This document shows positions 40,724 through 52,300 of a DNA stretch of 64,000 nucleotides, piece by piece (the first letter of the stretch is position 1; every line of letters starts with the position of its first letter). The notes under the pieces are model-generated. The model was not told the DNA's origin. It saw only the letters and a program-made list of their open reading frames with translations, and searched no databases. Source of the DNA: Adineta vaga (taxonomy: Eukaryota; Animalia; Rotifera); the NCBI GenBank assembly GCA_021613535.1, contig CP075494.1:13082001-13146000 (forward strand), read 5' to 3'. Made by a program: the position numbers and the translations under genes.

Positions 40724-42297
40724 ATGAGCATGGCTTTTCTTTTCAATGGTACGTCAGCCGAGGGTTTATCTGTTGAAGTCAATAGCGATGGATATCCATT
40801 GAACGATTTTGTGAATAATTCAGTACCCGATTATGGATGGGAAGCATTGTTCGGGAATGAAAATTGGGGCGAAATTGATGTTTCTGGTACATGTGATGGA
40901 GATCTTCTATTAGACAGCATCGTCGGAAGCTGTGATCAAAATGCATTATTCAGTACAGAATCAGTTAATACATGTAATGAGCTCGACGAATTCCAAAAAT
41001 ATTTTTTATTTCCATCACAGGAATCAAGTAGGAAAATATTGTTATGAAAATTTGTTTCAGTATTATTAATATTCAGATTCGTCATCGGAAATCGATCAGA
41101 ATTTGGTCACTGTTTCGCCTGCACCAGTTGAATCTATTGGTAATTGATTATACATTTATATTCATCAGGAAATGATATATAATCTTATTGAAATAGGGAA
41201 GAGTAGCAAGAAAAATAAAAATAAAAAACCGATCCCATTATCATCGTCTGTGGCTGTTGGTGTACCTCAAAGAATCATTCCAGTATCTCATGAGATAAAA
41301 TTGGTCTTTGATTTGGAAGCAAAATATCGACCACGATATAAAAGTGATTATTTTACTAACAGTGGTTCAATTAGAAAACCACGGTATGTGGCCGATCGTT
41401 CTGGTAATCATTACATCTCAGTGAAAGTAATAGGCTCTTATAGAACTAATTATATTAATCTATCTCATCTATGTATACTCTAGGTACCTATCGATATTCA
41501 AGGCCAAATTCGAATCGATTGGGTGACTATACCAGATGAATATGATACTCGTTATGTTATGCCTTATCGATTTCAAGCAAGCAATAATTCATCGGAAATA
41601 TCTGATTGTAATCCAATTTTTGAAACAATCAACTGTGACAGTATGGGAATAATGAAGTAAATATAAATAACAATCTCATATTCGATCATTTATTTAATTG
41701 ATACGTTTTGCTAGAATTTATTTAGTGTTGATCAAAGCAAAACAAGATGCTCTGAAATCGCTTCAACCACTTCAATCATTCCATCCGATAAAAGATGCTT
41801 TTGGCGTCATCGATAAAGACACTACTGAAAAACAAACGAGATTAACACCCAAACAATTGATACAAAAATATCAACTCGGCAAATCTCAATTAGCTTTCAC
41901 ATTATGTCGCGTAGGTGTGGATGGTTACACCTGCCATCCAGAATGGGACACTACTGTTTATTCGACAGTTTTGGAAGGTAATATATCATAATTTGAAGAT
42001 TTAATAAGAATTTTCGATTTCGGCCAATAGAGGAAGTAACTGACAGTCAACCCGTGAAAACAGTATCTTGCCCAAACTGCAAACACAGCATTCCTCTCAA
42101 TGATGATGCTATCAGATGTCCAGAGACACCAAAAACCAAACGAAAAATACCAGAAAGCAAAGCACAACAGCCAACAAAAATAAAAGTATAGATTCGTCTT
42201 TTTTCCATGGTGAATATTTATTTTGAATGATCATTTTTTTTAATTTTAGAAACAAAGATCATTGCCATATGAAATCCTTCCTCTAATTTTTCAATAA
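40724..42297 (+). CDS. Rel-homology gene H: acidic N-terminus + RHD N-domain + CPNC + basic tail, no IPT
   Basis: IKLVFDLEAKYRPRYKSDY, IRIDWVT, MPYRF, KYQLGKSQLAFTLC, TTVYSTVLE; clear paralog of G. Confidence 0.72.
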
Positions 42298-42584
42298 AAA
42301 GATTTAATTTTTCTATATATTAATTCAGAAAAGTATTCATATTTGAAGCATTATCCTATATTTAATCATGATATATTTTCTTTACCATGATGTTTTACTG
42401 AGATCTTTGCAAAAAGAAATAAAAGCAGAAGAAAAATGTCTAAAACAATGTTTTGAGTTCACATCCATATAATGATTCGTTGATTTATTTAACATATTTA
42501 ATATATAACAAAAAAAGAGAAGTTTTCCAAAAGCAATGATAAGTGTTCATCGAAATGTACTTCTAATATTTATAAATTTGAACT

Positions 42585-43420
42585 TCAATCGATATTAAAT
42601 CGTTGTATTCGACAATTATCTTGATCTACTACATAAATTGTACATAATCGATTGAGGACTATTCCTTTCGGATTTATTAATTGTGTGAGATATGTTCCTT
42701 TCGTTTGATTATCAGCAATAATAATACCTTGTTCTGCAAGAACATTCCATTTTACCACACGATGATTATTTTCATCCGATACGTAAACAACACGTTCATT
42801 ACCACAATCAGCAATGATTAAGAAATCATTTTTTTTGTCAAGATTAACATCAGTAGGAGCAAATAATTGAATTAATTGATTTCCTTGGTCATGTTCACCG
42901 GCAACTACTCGATCTTGATTAGCATTGAGTTTCCATTCTGAAATGCGATTATTTGAATATTCCGCTACATGAACTGTTTGATCATCATTAGAAATGAGTC
43001 AATTCATCATTCCACCGATTAATATCTGTTTCAAAGAAATTGTTCTCCTCTCGACTATGGCGTTATTGCTCGGTCAAATTATTTAATCGAACTTCCAATT
43101 GTTCCAAATGTTCACTATTAGCTTTTAATACCTCTTGCCTTGCTTATTCTGCTATTTCTTGAATTTTAACAACTGCATCACATTCCCATTGATCAATACG
43201 GTGCGTCAATGAATGTTTTTGTGCGGTTCATTAAATTGTTCTGCTAGTAATTTAAATGTTGCTTTTGCCATATACTTTGCTATTCGTTTGATAATGATAT
43301 TATGGAAAATAACAAACGATATAAACAGTAACATTGTACTGTATCGTCTACTGACTTGCAAGGATTTTGAAACAAGCGATTCGTTGACAAAAATTACAAA
43401 ATGAAAAAGTATTTTAATCT
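42585..43420 (-). pseudogene. Decayed coiled-coil + NHL-repeat gene (TRIM/NHL-like)
   Basis: IDQWECDAVVKIQEIAE* with stops and frameshifts, then NHL blades (TVHVAEYSNNRISEW, LIIADCGNERV, VYVSDENNHRVVKW, IYVVDQDNCRIQRF) with apparent internal deletions. Confidence 0.75.
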
Positions 43421-43907
43421 TATTTAGTTCATACATCAATAATAATGATGTCGATAGAAGAAAAAGTCTATTTTTGAAGTTATTTTATTGTTAATAAAAC
43501 GTTTGAAAAGGTCCTAATGATTTGATAGTGAACAGAAGGTAGTATCTACTGAATGTAAGTGTAAAGGAGACGCTGTCTTCGCCGTTTTACCCGTCGAATA
43601 TCACTGTCTATGAATATCTACTTCTAATAAATGAAAGTTTGTAGCGACATCTATAATCAATATACAGAGATTCTTAAAGAATGTTGACAGAAAACCTTTC
43701 ATTTCAGCCTAAAAACTGTAAAAAGTCCCACTGATAAGAAATGTCAAAAAAAAAGAATTTTTGACTATCTTTTTATTGGACATTAAGATCGTTTCCTAAT
43801 ATGGATACTACTGATACTCACGCACGCACGTATTCTTGTTGTATATATTCATCCTTCATTCTTCAACAAATCACATTCTCAGTACTCATTCATATTCTCG
43901 TTTAAAC

Positions 43908-44848
43908 ATGCAGGTACGTTTCATTATGAAATAATTCTCATTTCATATATTGTAAAAAATAATCATCTCTATTTTTTTCAGGATCCTAATGCTGATACGC
44001 AATGGAATGATCAATTACGTCGATTTAACATCATCGGACCGAAAGAGGAAATAAAAACTGAAGAAGAACGGTTCGAAATCTCTCGTGGTAAGAAGAAAAA
44101 GAATAAATTGATCTATTTCGAATCATCTTTATATTTTTAGCCGAACAATTAAATAAGAAAACATTAGATGAATTAGACGAACTCGAAGATGAAGAAGACG
44201 AACGCGTATTACAAGAATATCGGTAGGATAATATTTTCTTGTGTAGTTCTTACTGAAATATTCGTGATCTATTTTTTTTAGACGAAAACGATTATTAGAA
44301 TTACAAGAAAAGGCTGCTCGAGCTCAATTTGGTGAGGTTATTGAAATATCTGCAATTGATTATGTTAAAGAAGTTAATGAAGCTGGCGATGATATCTGGG
44401 TTGTACTTTATCTTTATAAATCAGGGTAAATTAATAAAACTTCGATGAATTCTCTTTTATCTTTCGAATATTTAGACTTCCTATTTGTTCATTAATTGGT
44501 GATCATCTACGTTCACTTGCCTTAAAATATCCTCGAACAAAATTTGTTAAAAGTATCTCTACTGTTTGTATTCCAAACTATCCGGATAAAAATCTACCAA
44601 CCATATTTATCTACAATAAGGGTGAACTAAAACAATCACTTATTGGTCCATTTGCATTTGGTGGCATGAATTGTCGTTTTGAACACTTAGAATATAGATT
44701 ATATGAATTTGGTGCTATTGAAACGCACGAAAAATTAGAAAAACCTACTGATATGAAAACCTATGGAGCAAATGATGCTGCTGATGATTTTCTTCGATCA
44801 TCAATTCGTCAAAGTATGAAAAATGGAAGTGATGACGAGGATGATTAA
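43908..44848 (+). CDS. PDCL3: Phosducin-like protein 3 (PhLP2/VIAF)
   Basis: MQ|DPNADTQWND, LDELDELEDEEDERVLQEYR, TKFVKSISTVCIPNYPDKNLPTIF. Confidence 0.93.
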
Positions 44849-45217
44849 ATTCTTGATTACTTGTTATTGCATGTTTTTGATGAAGTTTGCCGTGTGAAAC
44901 ATTTTTTTATATTATTGATGTGACGTTTGTTTTTTTTATTGCAATATACAATGGTTTTCCTACCAAACTGTGTTTTCTGAGTCTTTTCAAAAAAAAGAAA
45001 AAACTAACTACTAATTCGGTTTGACTCGACAGTTAACAACAAGCTCGAGTAATTTTTCATTCCGGAAGCAATTGAAAAGAATGTTTTCTTTATCTAGAAC
45101 TTTAAACGACAGATGAAATATTGCAATTACTTCGGACAGAAAAGAAAAACGTTTCCTACGTGCATTTAATAACTATTTAATTTTTGTATGTGAACAAAGA
45201 ATTTACAAATATTACCA

Positions 45218-45860
45218 ATGCTATCTCGACGGCAAATGAAACCGATGAATAGATATTCGAAATGTATAAAAACAATCCGAAATCGAATTGTCGCAGGTTT
45301 GATATTTTAATTCTTGATTAGTAATCGTTCATTTGATATCGTATATCTAGTGGAATTTCATTGGTCACAAGTAGATCCTCAACAAAGTTATCGTTTACAA
45401 TTAAATGAGAAACAATTCTATGAAGCACAGAAGTCTATTCGACCAAAAAGTAAATGAATAAGATTATCTATGAAGTAACAAATTGATTCTTTTAGAATTA
45501 TTAAATCTTCAATTTGAAAAATTTGTTGATTTGGTAACACCGTTATTTGCATATGATACAATAGAAATCAGTAGTTTTGTCTTACGTTCTACCTTCGATT
45601 ATTTATTCGATCATAATTCGAATGGATCAATTGAACCACCCGAATTCGAACCAGCTTTTATTTTACTTCATGGAAATCATTCCGATAAACTAAATCTCTT
45701 TCATGAAAATCTTCGTCGAATATTCACAAATCGATCTAATCATGTTTCATTTAAAGGTAAAGAAGATCGATTCGAAAATCTAATCAGAAATCATAATTTT
45801 CATTAAGAATTTTCTGAATTTGTTAAATATGGTTATCTACGTGAATTATTTATGAGTTGA
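45218..45860 (+). CDS. Small EF-hand protein, 4 exons
   Basis: EF loop LFDHNSNGSIEPPEF and a second degenerate hand HVSFKEFSEFV; consistent splicing. Confidence 0.65.
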
Positions 45861-45942
45861 CTAATTTCAAGGTAAATTCTTATCTTATTTTCTCTCTCGA
45901 ATACAAAATAGAAGAAACATTATCTTGAGCTCATTTTCTATT

Positions 45943-46781
45943 ATGCAAGGACGAACAGCATTTATTTTAAGTAATCTAAATAGTTTAAATATCAAACTTA
46001 TTCATCAATTTGCTAAACAAAATTGTAATATTATTCTACATGGACATTCAAATGAAGAAAATCGAAGTAGAACAATTGAAAACGAGTATAGAAAAGATCA
46101 AATTAGATTTATATCCCATCAACTACGAATTATTAGTGATGTGGACAAATTAGTTGAAAAAGCTTTCAATTATTTTCAACATATTGATATTTTGATTATT
46201 AATCATCAATATCGTCGATATTATCGAGCTTCAATTGAAGAATTTCCAATAGAAAAATGGAAGGAATGTATTGATTATGATTTACATACAACTTTTGCTT
46301 TAGTAAAAACTTTATGGTCACAAATGAAACGACAACATTTTGGAAGGATTATTCATATTGTAAGTTGTTTGACTATCAGACGATTTAGTCAATAAAAACG
46401 TGTTTATAAAAGTTTAGATTGATGAAGAGAATTTACTTGGAAATGAATATCAATCAGCAAGTACGACTTCACATCATGCATTGTTTGGATTGAATAGAGC
46501 TTTATCAATCGAAGGTAAATCATATGGAATTACTTCTAATATTATTTATCCAGGTAAAGAACTATTGTCGTATATGATTTTTTTTTCTAATGATTATCAA
46601 TTGTTAAGGATTAATGCAAACAAATATCTCTGAAGAGTTTAATCATATTAAAACATTATCAGATCTTGTTCTATTCCTCTGTACGGATCAAGCTCGCTCA
46701 ATAAATGGTCAATCAATTTCGTTTGATGAAAAAAGTCTAAATTATGATGTTTCCTCTCTTGCCCTTAATATTAAAGAGTAA
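45943..46781 (+). CDS. Short-chain dehydrogenase/reductase fold protein with degenerate catalytic motifs, 2 introns
   Basis: HIDILIIN, IEEFPIEKW, MKRQHFGRIIHI, GITSNIIYPG, LVLFLCTDQARSINGQSISFD; lacks TGxxxGxG and YxxxK. Confidence 0.8.
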
Positions 46782-46937
46782 ATACTATATTTCATTATTT
46801 CTATCTGTCAAAAATATATAATTAGACATAATTGTCATTATTGAATTATGATTGAAAGGTAAACATCCAGAAAATATTGTCTTAGATTTGATTTTATCGG
46901 CATGATCATTGAAATATTTAAGAAAAGAAAAAAAGTT

Positions 46938-47867
46938 TCAAGGAATATCAGTAAGATGATTCTTCTGTTCAATTAATTGATGATGCTGTACTGACATCGA
47001 GTTCATATTTGCTCGCGGTTGACATTGTATCATTCGTAAGAATTGTGTTCTAACATAAAAATTACTAAAAAATAAAGCTAATGATTCCAATGCTGCTGAT
47101 AGTGAAACACATAAAATTGAAAGTGAATACAATGGCCAAGGAAGTGCTATTAATGAATTCATTATCACACAAATAAAATATGGTGTACCACCAATTCCAA
47201 GTATAAAAACTAAGATAAGAATTTTTTGAAAAACTTGTAAGTTTCGTCTCAATCGTATAGTTGTAAAAATATTCAATTGAATACCATGTTTTGTTGTATG
47301 ATATAAAATCAATGCGTAAAGAAAAATAATAATCAGAAATGGAATACAAAATGCCAACATTACACCAGAAAATGCTGTTGAAAAATTTTTACTTGTCAAT
47401 AAACACATTCGTGATTCGTATTCATATTGAAATGCAAGTGGTATTAGTAAAAAAATCAAACCGACAATTCCACTAATGATCCAATTGAAAAGAACTAATA
47501 TCCAATTGATTCGAAATGTGATTAACATTTTATTTTTATAACGAATTGTTAGAAAATATCGTGATATTGCTTGTACTACATATGAATAAGATATTGTTGC
47601 ACATGAACTATAATAAATATATGCACGAAATGAACAGAATCTTGTTGTTGATGGAAGAAATAGAAATACTATTTCAATTAATACTGCTAATGAATGATAA
47701 AGAAGTGTAGCACATGAATTACAAGTTAATAGATTCATTATCGATCGTGATTGACTTTTCCAATTATAAACAATAATTACGATGATTATTAATGCAAATA
47801 TAATTGTAATAAACGTCAATATAATATAAATTATTGATGTAATTATAAAAAATGTCTCTCTATCCAT
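46938..47867 (-). CDS. Intronless orphan rhodopsin-like 7TM receptor
   Basis: 309 aa, seven hydrophobic segments, TM3 Cys (RFCSFRAY), QAISRY at the DRY position, ECL2 Cys, TM5/TM6 prolines. Confidence 0.8.
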   Translation of the reverse strand: MDRETFFIITSIIYIILTFITIIFALIIIVIIVYNWKSQSRSIMNLLTCNSCATLLYHSLAVLIEIVFLFLPSTTRFCSFRAYIYYSSCATISYSYVVQAISRYFLTIRYKNKMLITFRINWILVLFNWIISGIVGLIFLLIPLAFQYEYESRMCLLTSKNFSTAFSGVMLAFCIPFLIIIFLYALILYHTTKHGIQLNIFTTIRLRRNLQVFQKILILVFILGIGGTPYFICVIMNSLIALPWPLYSLSILCVSLSAALESLALFFSNFYVRTQFLRMIQCQPRANMNSMSVQHHQLIEQKNHLTDIP

Positions 47868-49388
47868 CAGAAGAACATGAATATATGTGAGAAGTTTTAG
47901 TTTGACATAAATTTATTGTCTGACAAATTGTTGTTTTGTCTTTTGTATTTTAACTTTCTTGGAGAAAAACTAATTATACTTCTGTAGAAAAGTATCTTTC
48001 TTTTTTCTTCAGTTCATTCGAACGAAGAATAAACGTTCGACGTTCATGCGTATGAAATCATTACCTGTATTGACTAATCAAATTAAATTATCGTGAAATA
48101 GTATGATGCTTTTCTAATAATATCTTGTCATTTAAATAAAATCATCTACTTGTTAGTTGTGTATAAAGCGTGATTATGTCTTAAATTGTTACACTGGCAA
48201 ACAAGCATGTATGTTTTAAAGAAAAACATACGTCAAATTCAAAGAAAAATAATTAAAGAGAAAGCTCTGTATATTACGTTTTTAAAATCGAGTTTAAAAC
48301 ATCTTTTTACAAAGAATTTATCCATTGCCTTTCTCTTTTGTTATCGTGATTCATCAACAACGGAAACGAAGAGAATACGATCAACAATATACTGTGTCCA
48401 TTATTGTCAATTAAGACTTTTTCCGTTTATGAAGAAAAATGAGAAACTAACTCACATTAGAAACACGTTCTAATTTTCTCGTTTGTGTCTGAAACCAACT
48501 AATTCTATTATATTGATCGACGACATTTGATAGAATGCAAAAGAAAAAGCGATGAAGCTTCATTAATCATTATTTGTGAACAACGATAATACTCTCTAAA
48601 TATATCAAATTGATCTTCGTGATCAAATAGAATATTTGAGCAATTCATCGATAGAAATAATAATATATTTTCTATCAAACAGAATCTGTATGATGTTGAA
48701 CATTCCGAATGATTAAAGAGCGAGATGATAGAAGCAAAGAACTATTTCAAGCACAGATGTTATCACCTTCTGTGTATCCGTTCAAAAAATGAGTTAGATT
48801 AATTTTAATGAAGAAAAAAATTATCTAGGTTATATCGAGAAAGTCATGTATATACGTCAAATATCATCAGGAAAAAATAACATAATGACAACACGTTTAG
48901 TAAATGAAGTAGGAAAAACGTAAATGATGATAACTGTTTTTATGCTATTACGTCAGGCATGATTCTATCAGTAAATTAATTTCCTCTCATGAATTATCTG
49001 ATAAATGAACAGTCATCTTGCAGATGAAGTCGACTAATTCTTCTTCCCCACAGGCATAATATGCTTTCTAATAAATTCATCAACTAGCGACATCTTTCAT
49101 ACAAGGAAACTGATGTAAATGAATTTTATTTTGAAATAAATCGTTTGGAAATAAGTTCAATTTGATTTTTATTTCGATATTTTTAAAATAAACATTTCCG
49201 GAAGGATCGAAATCTATTCCTGTCTGCATAATGAAAATGGCTACCAGATTTCTTAGTTCTCTTGTTGTTTATTTTTTTTTCCTTTTCTATTTCTATATCT
49301 TGTCAATAACAGAACAGCTGCAAATAGTCATGTTCTTCTTCTTCTTCATCTTTCAAATTTAATCTTAGGCAAACTTTCGTGAATAACA

Positions 49389-52300
49389 ATGGTGGTTTTC
49401 AATGGACAAATGCGTTTGAAAGTAATCGAAGCCGATAATCTTCGTGCAACTGAACATTCGACACGTTATTTTCCTCAAAATCCTTCATTAGCTTTTGTTA
49501 GTCCATATATATCGATTGATATTGACGATTTACCATTAGGACGTACTCATACAAAAGAAAAAACAACTACGCCAACATTCAATGAAGAATTTAACAGTGA
49601 AGTACATCATGGTCATCAATTACATTTTACAATTTTTCATGATGCTGCATTACCACCCGATGAATATGTAGCGGATTGTACACTAAAATTTGAAAATATT
49701 CATGATAAGAAAAGTGACATTTGGATTGATCTTGAGCCAGCTGGAAGAATTCATATATCAATTGAATTACAAGGACAATTCAGTGATTGTAAGAAGATGA
49801 AAATTGGAAAATATAAAACGAAGATTTTTCTTTATTTTTCTTTAGCTGTTAATAATGAACGACATTTTAAACAAAATAAACGAGCTTTTGCTCAACGTCG
49901 TTTTGCAGTTGTACGTCGTGTTTATGAAATAAATGGACATAAATTTATGGCAACATTCTTTCGACAACCAACATTTTGCTCAATTTGTTCCGAATTCATT
50001 TGGTAAGATTAAATCTAAAAAGTTTCTCTTTTTATTTTTCTGAGTGATGAGACTAATAAGAAGGCAAATCTCCTCATTTTTCCAGGGGAATATTTCGTAC
50101 ACAAGGTTATCAATGTCAAGGTAAGACTTTTGAATGTTGCTTCCCAAAATTTTCTCTTCATTCATTTCCTTTTGCTTTTGTTTGTTGTGCTGTGAATTAT
50201 CCCTTTCATATATGAAGAAACTAAACAAACATTGATTTCATTTCGATTGTTTTTAGTATGTACATGTGTGATACATAAACGTTGCAAAGCATCGGTAGTT
50301 ACAACATGTCCAGGAATTCGAACCTGTTTTGAAGTATAACAAAGAACTTGTTGTAAATATTCGAAACATATTTATTTGTTTTTTTTTCTAGTATCGTGAA
50401 AAAAGATTTAAAATTAATGTCCCACATCGATTTGTTGCACATACATATCGATTATTTACGTTTTGTGATCATTGTGGATCACTTTTGTGGGGTGCATGGA
50501 ATCAAGGGATGCAATGTCGAGGTAAGAGATGAGATTCGTTTATTGAAAATATCTCGAGATTAACGAGAACATCTGTTCTAATACAAAGCAAAGAAATAGA
50601 ACCACCTGTTATATAATATTGAATAGTAAAAATAGCTAATATAACATTTGCTATTGATTAGTCGAAATAGAAGAAATCAAAATGTTAAATGGAAAATGAA
50701 TTCGATATTTTTGTTGTTTATGAATAAATAGAATGCAAACTCAATGTACACAAACGTTGTACACGTAATGTTGCGAATGATTGTGGTTTGGATAAGAAAA
50801 AACTTGCTACTGTTCTTGCTGATCTCAATATAAGTACTCCTCAAAAAATGGTAAGCTGTCATTTACATTTGTCTCGTTTTAATCTTGAAAAGAAAACCCC
50901 TCACATTGTTCTGCTTTAGACAAATGTACCAAGTGAAGCCGATAGTAAGAATATTATTTCATATGCTTGTTTTTTTCTAAAAACGATAATATAACAACTA
51001 TTATTTAGCATCATCTGCATCCTCAACTACTTCAACAACATCAAATACAACAGCAAAAACTCCTACACCACCTCCATCTGTTTCATCTGATGATAGTTCA
51101 TCAAAACGAGAACATAATTTTACAGTTGATGATTTTCAATTTATGAAAGTTCTTGGCAAAGGATCTTTTGGAAAAGTAATATCAATGTTTTCTGTCACTT
51201 TATAACATCATTTTGTGTTTAAAGGTTTTATTAGGTGAACATAAATCAACGGGTGAAATTTTTGCGATAAAAGTACTCAATAAAGATGCGATTATTCAAA
51301 ATGATGATGTCGAATGTACAATGACTGAACGACGAATCTTAGCCTTATCAACGCGACATCCATTTTTGACGGGATTATTTTGTAGTTTTCAAACAAAGGT
51401 ATGATCTCTTGAAAAAAAAGAATTCTTCAATTATTAAACGGAGTTCATTTAGGAACGTTTATTTTTAATTATGGAATATGTTAATGGAGGTGATTTAATG
51501 TTTCAAATTCAACGTTCAAGAAAATTTGATGAGCCACGTGCACGATTTTATGCATCGGAAGTTACATTAGCATTAATGTTTCTTCATCGACATGGTGTAA
51601 TTTATCGGTAGGATAAAAACAAAAAGTCATGATTAATAAATAAATACATATGCTTGTTTATCTTTAGTGATCTCAAACTAGACAATATTTTACTTGATGC
51701 TGAAGGTCATTGTAAAATTGCTGAGTATGTGTTCATATTCTTTTTATTTTGATGTTTTATTTCAAAATTTTCTTCAGAAAAACAATAACTTTGTTATTAT
51801 AGTGTAAGAAGATATAAGCTCATGCTTTTACAGATAAAACTAATTTCATTTGCTCGTTGAGACCGAATTGTAAAGAATAGAATTAAAATTGTTTGTTTTT
51901 TTGAACTTTTAGTTTTGGTATGTGCAAAGAAGGTATCTTTGATGGAAAATTAACCTCAACATTTTGTGGTACACCCGGTATGATCATGTCGAAAGAAATC
52001 TTTTCTTTACAAAAAATCATTGTAATCTTTTTTCTATAATTAGATTACATTGCTCCGGAAATACTTCAAGAACTTGATTACTCATTTTCTGTTGATTGGT
52101 GGGCGTTGGGTGTATTAATGTATGAAATGATGGCTGGGCAACCTCCATTTGAAGCAGACGATGAAGATAGTCTTTTTGAGTCAATCCTTCGTGATGAAGT
52201 ACTATATCCGGTTTGGTTATCGAAAGAAGCCGTACATATTCTTAAATCGGTAGATACATACATGAGAAAATGTATAGAGACAAGATTTGTATCGAAATCT

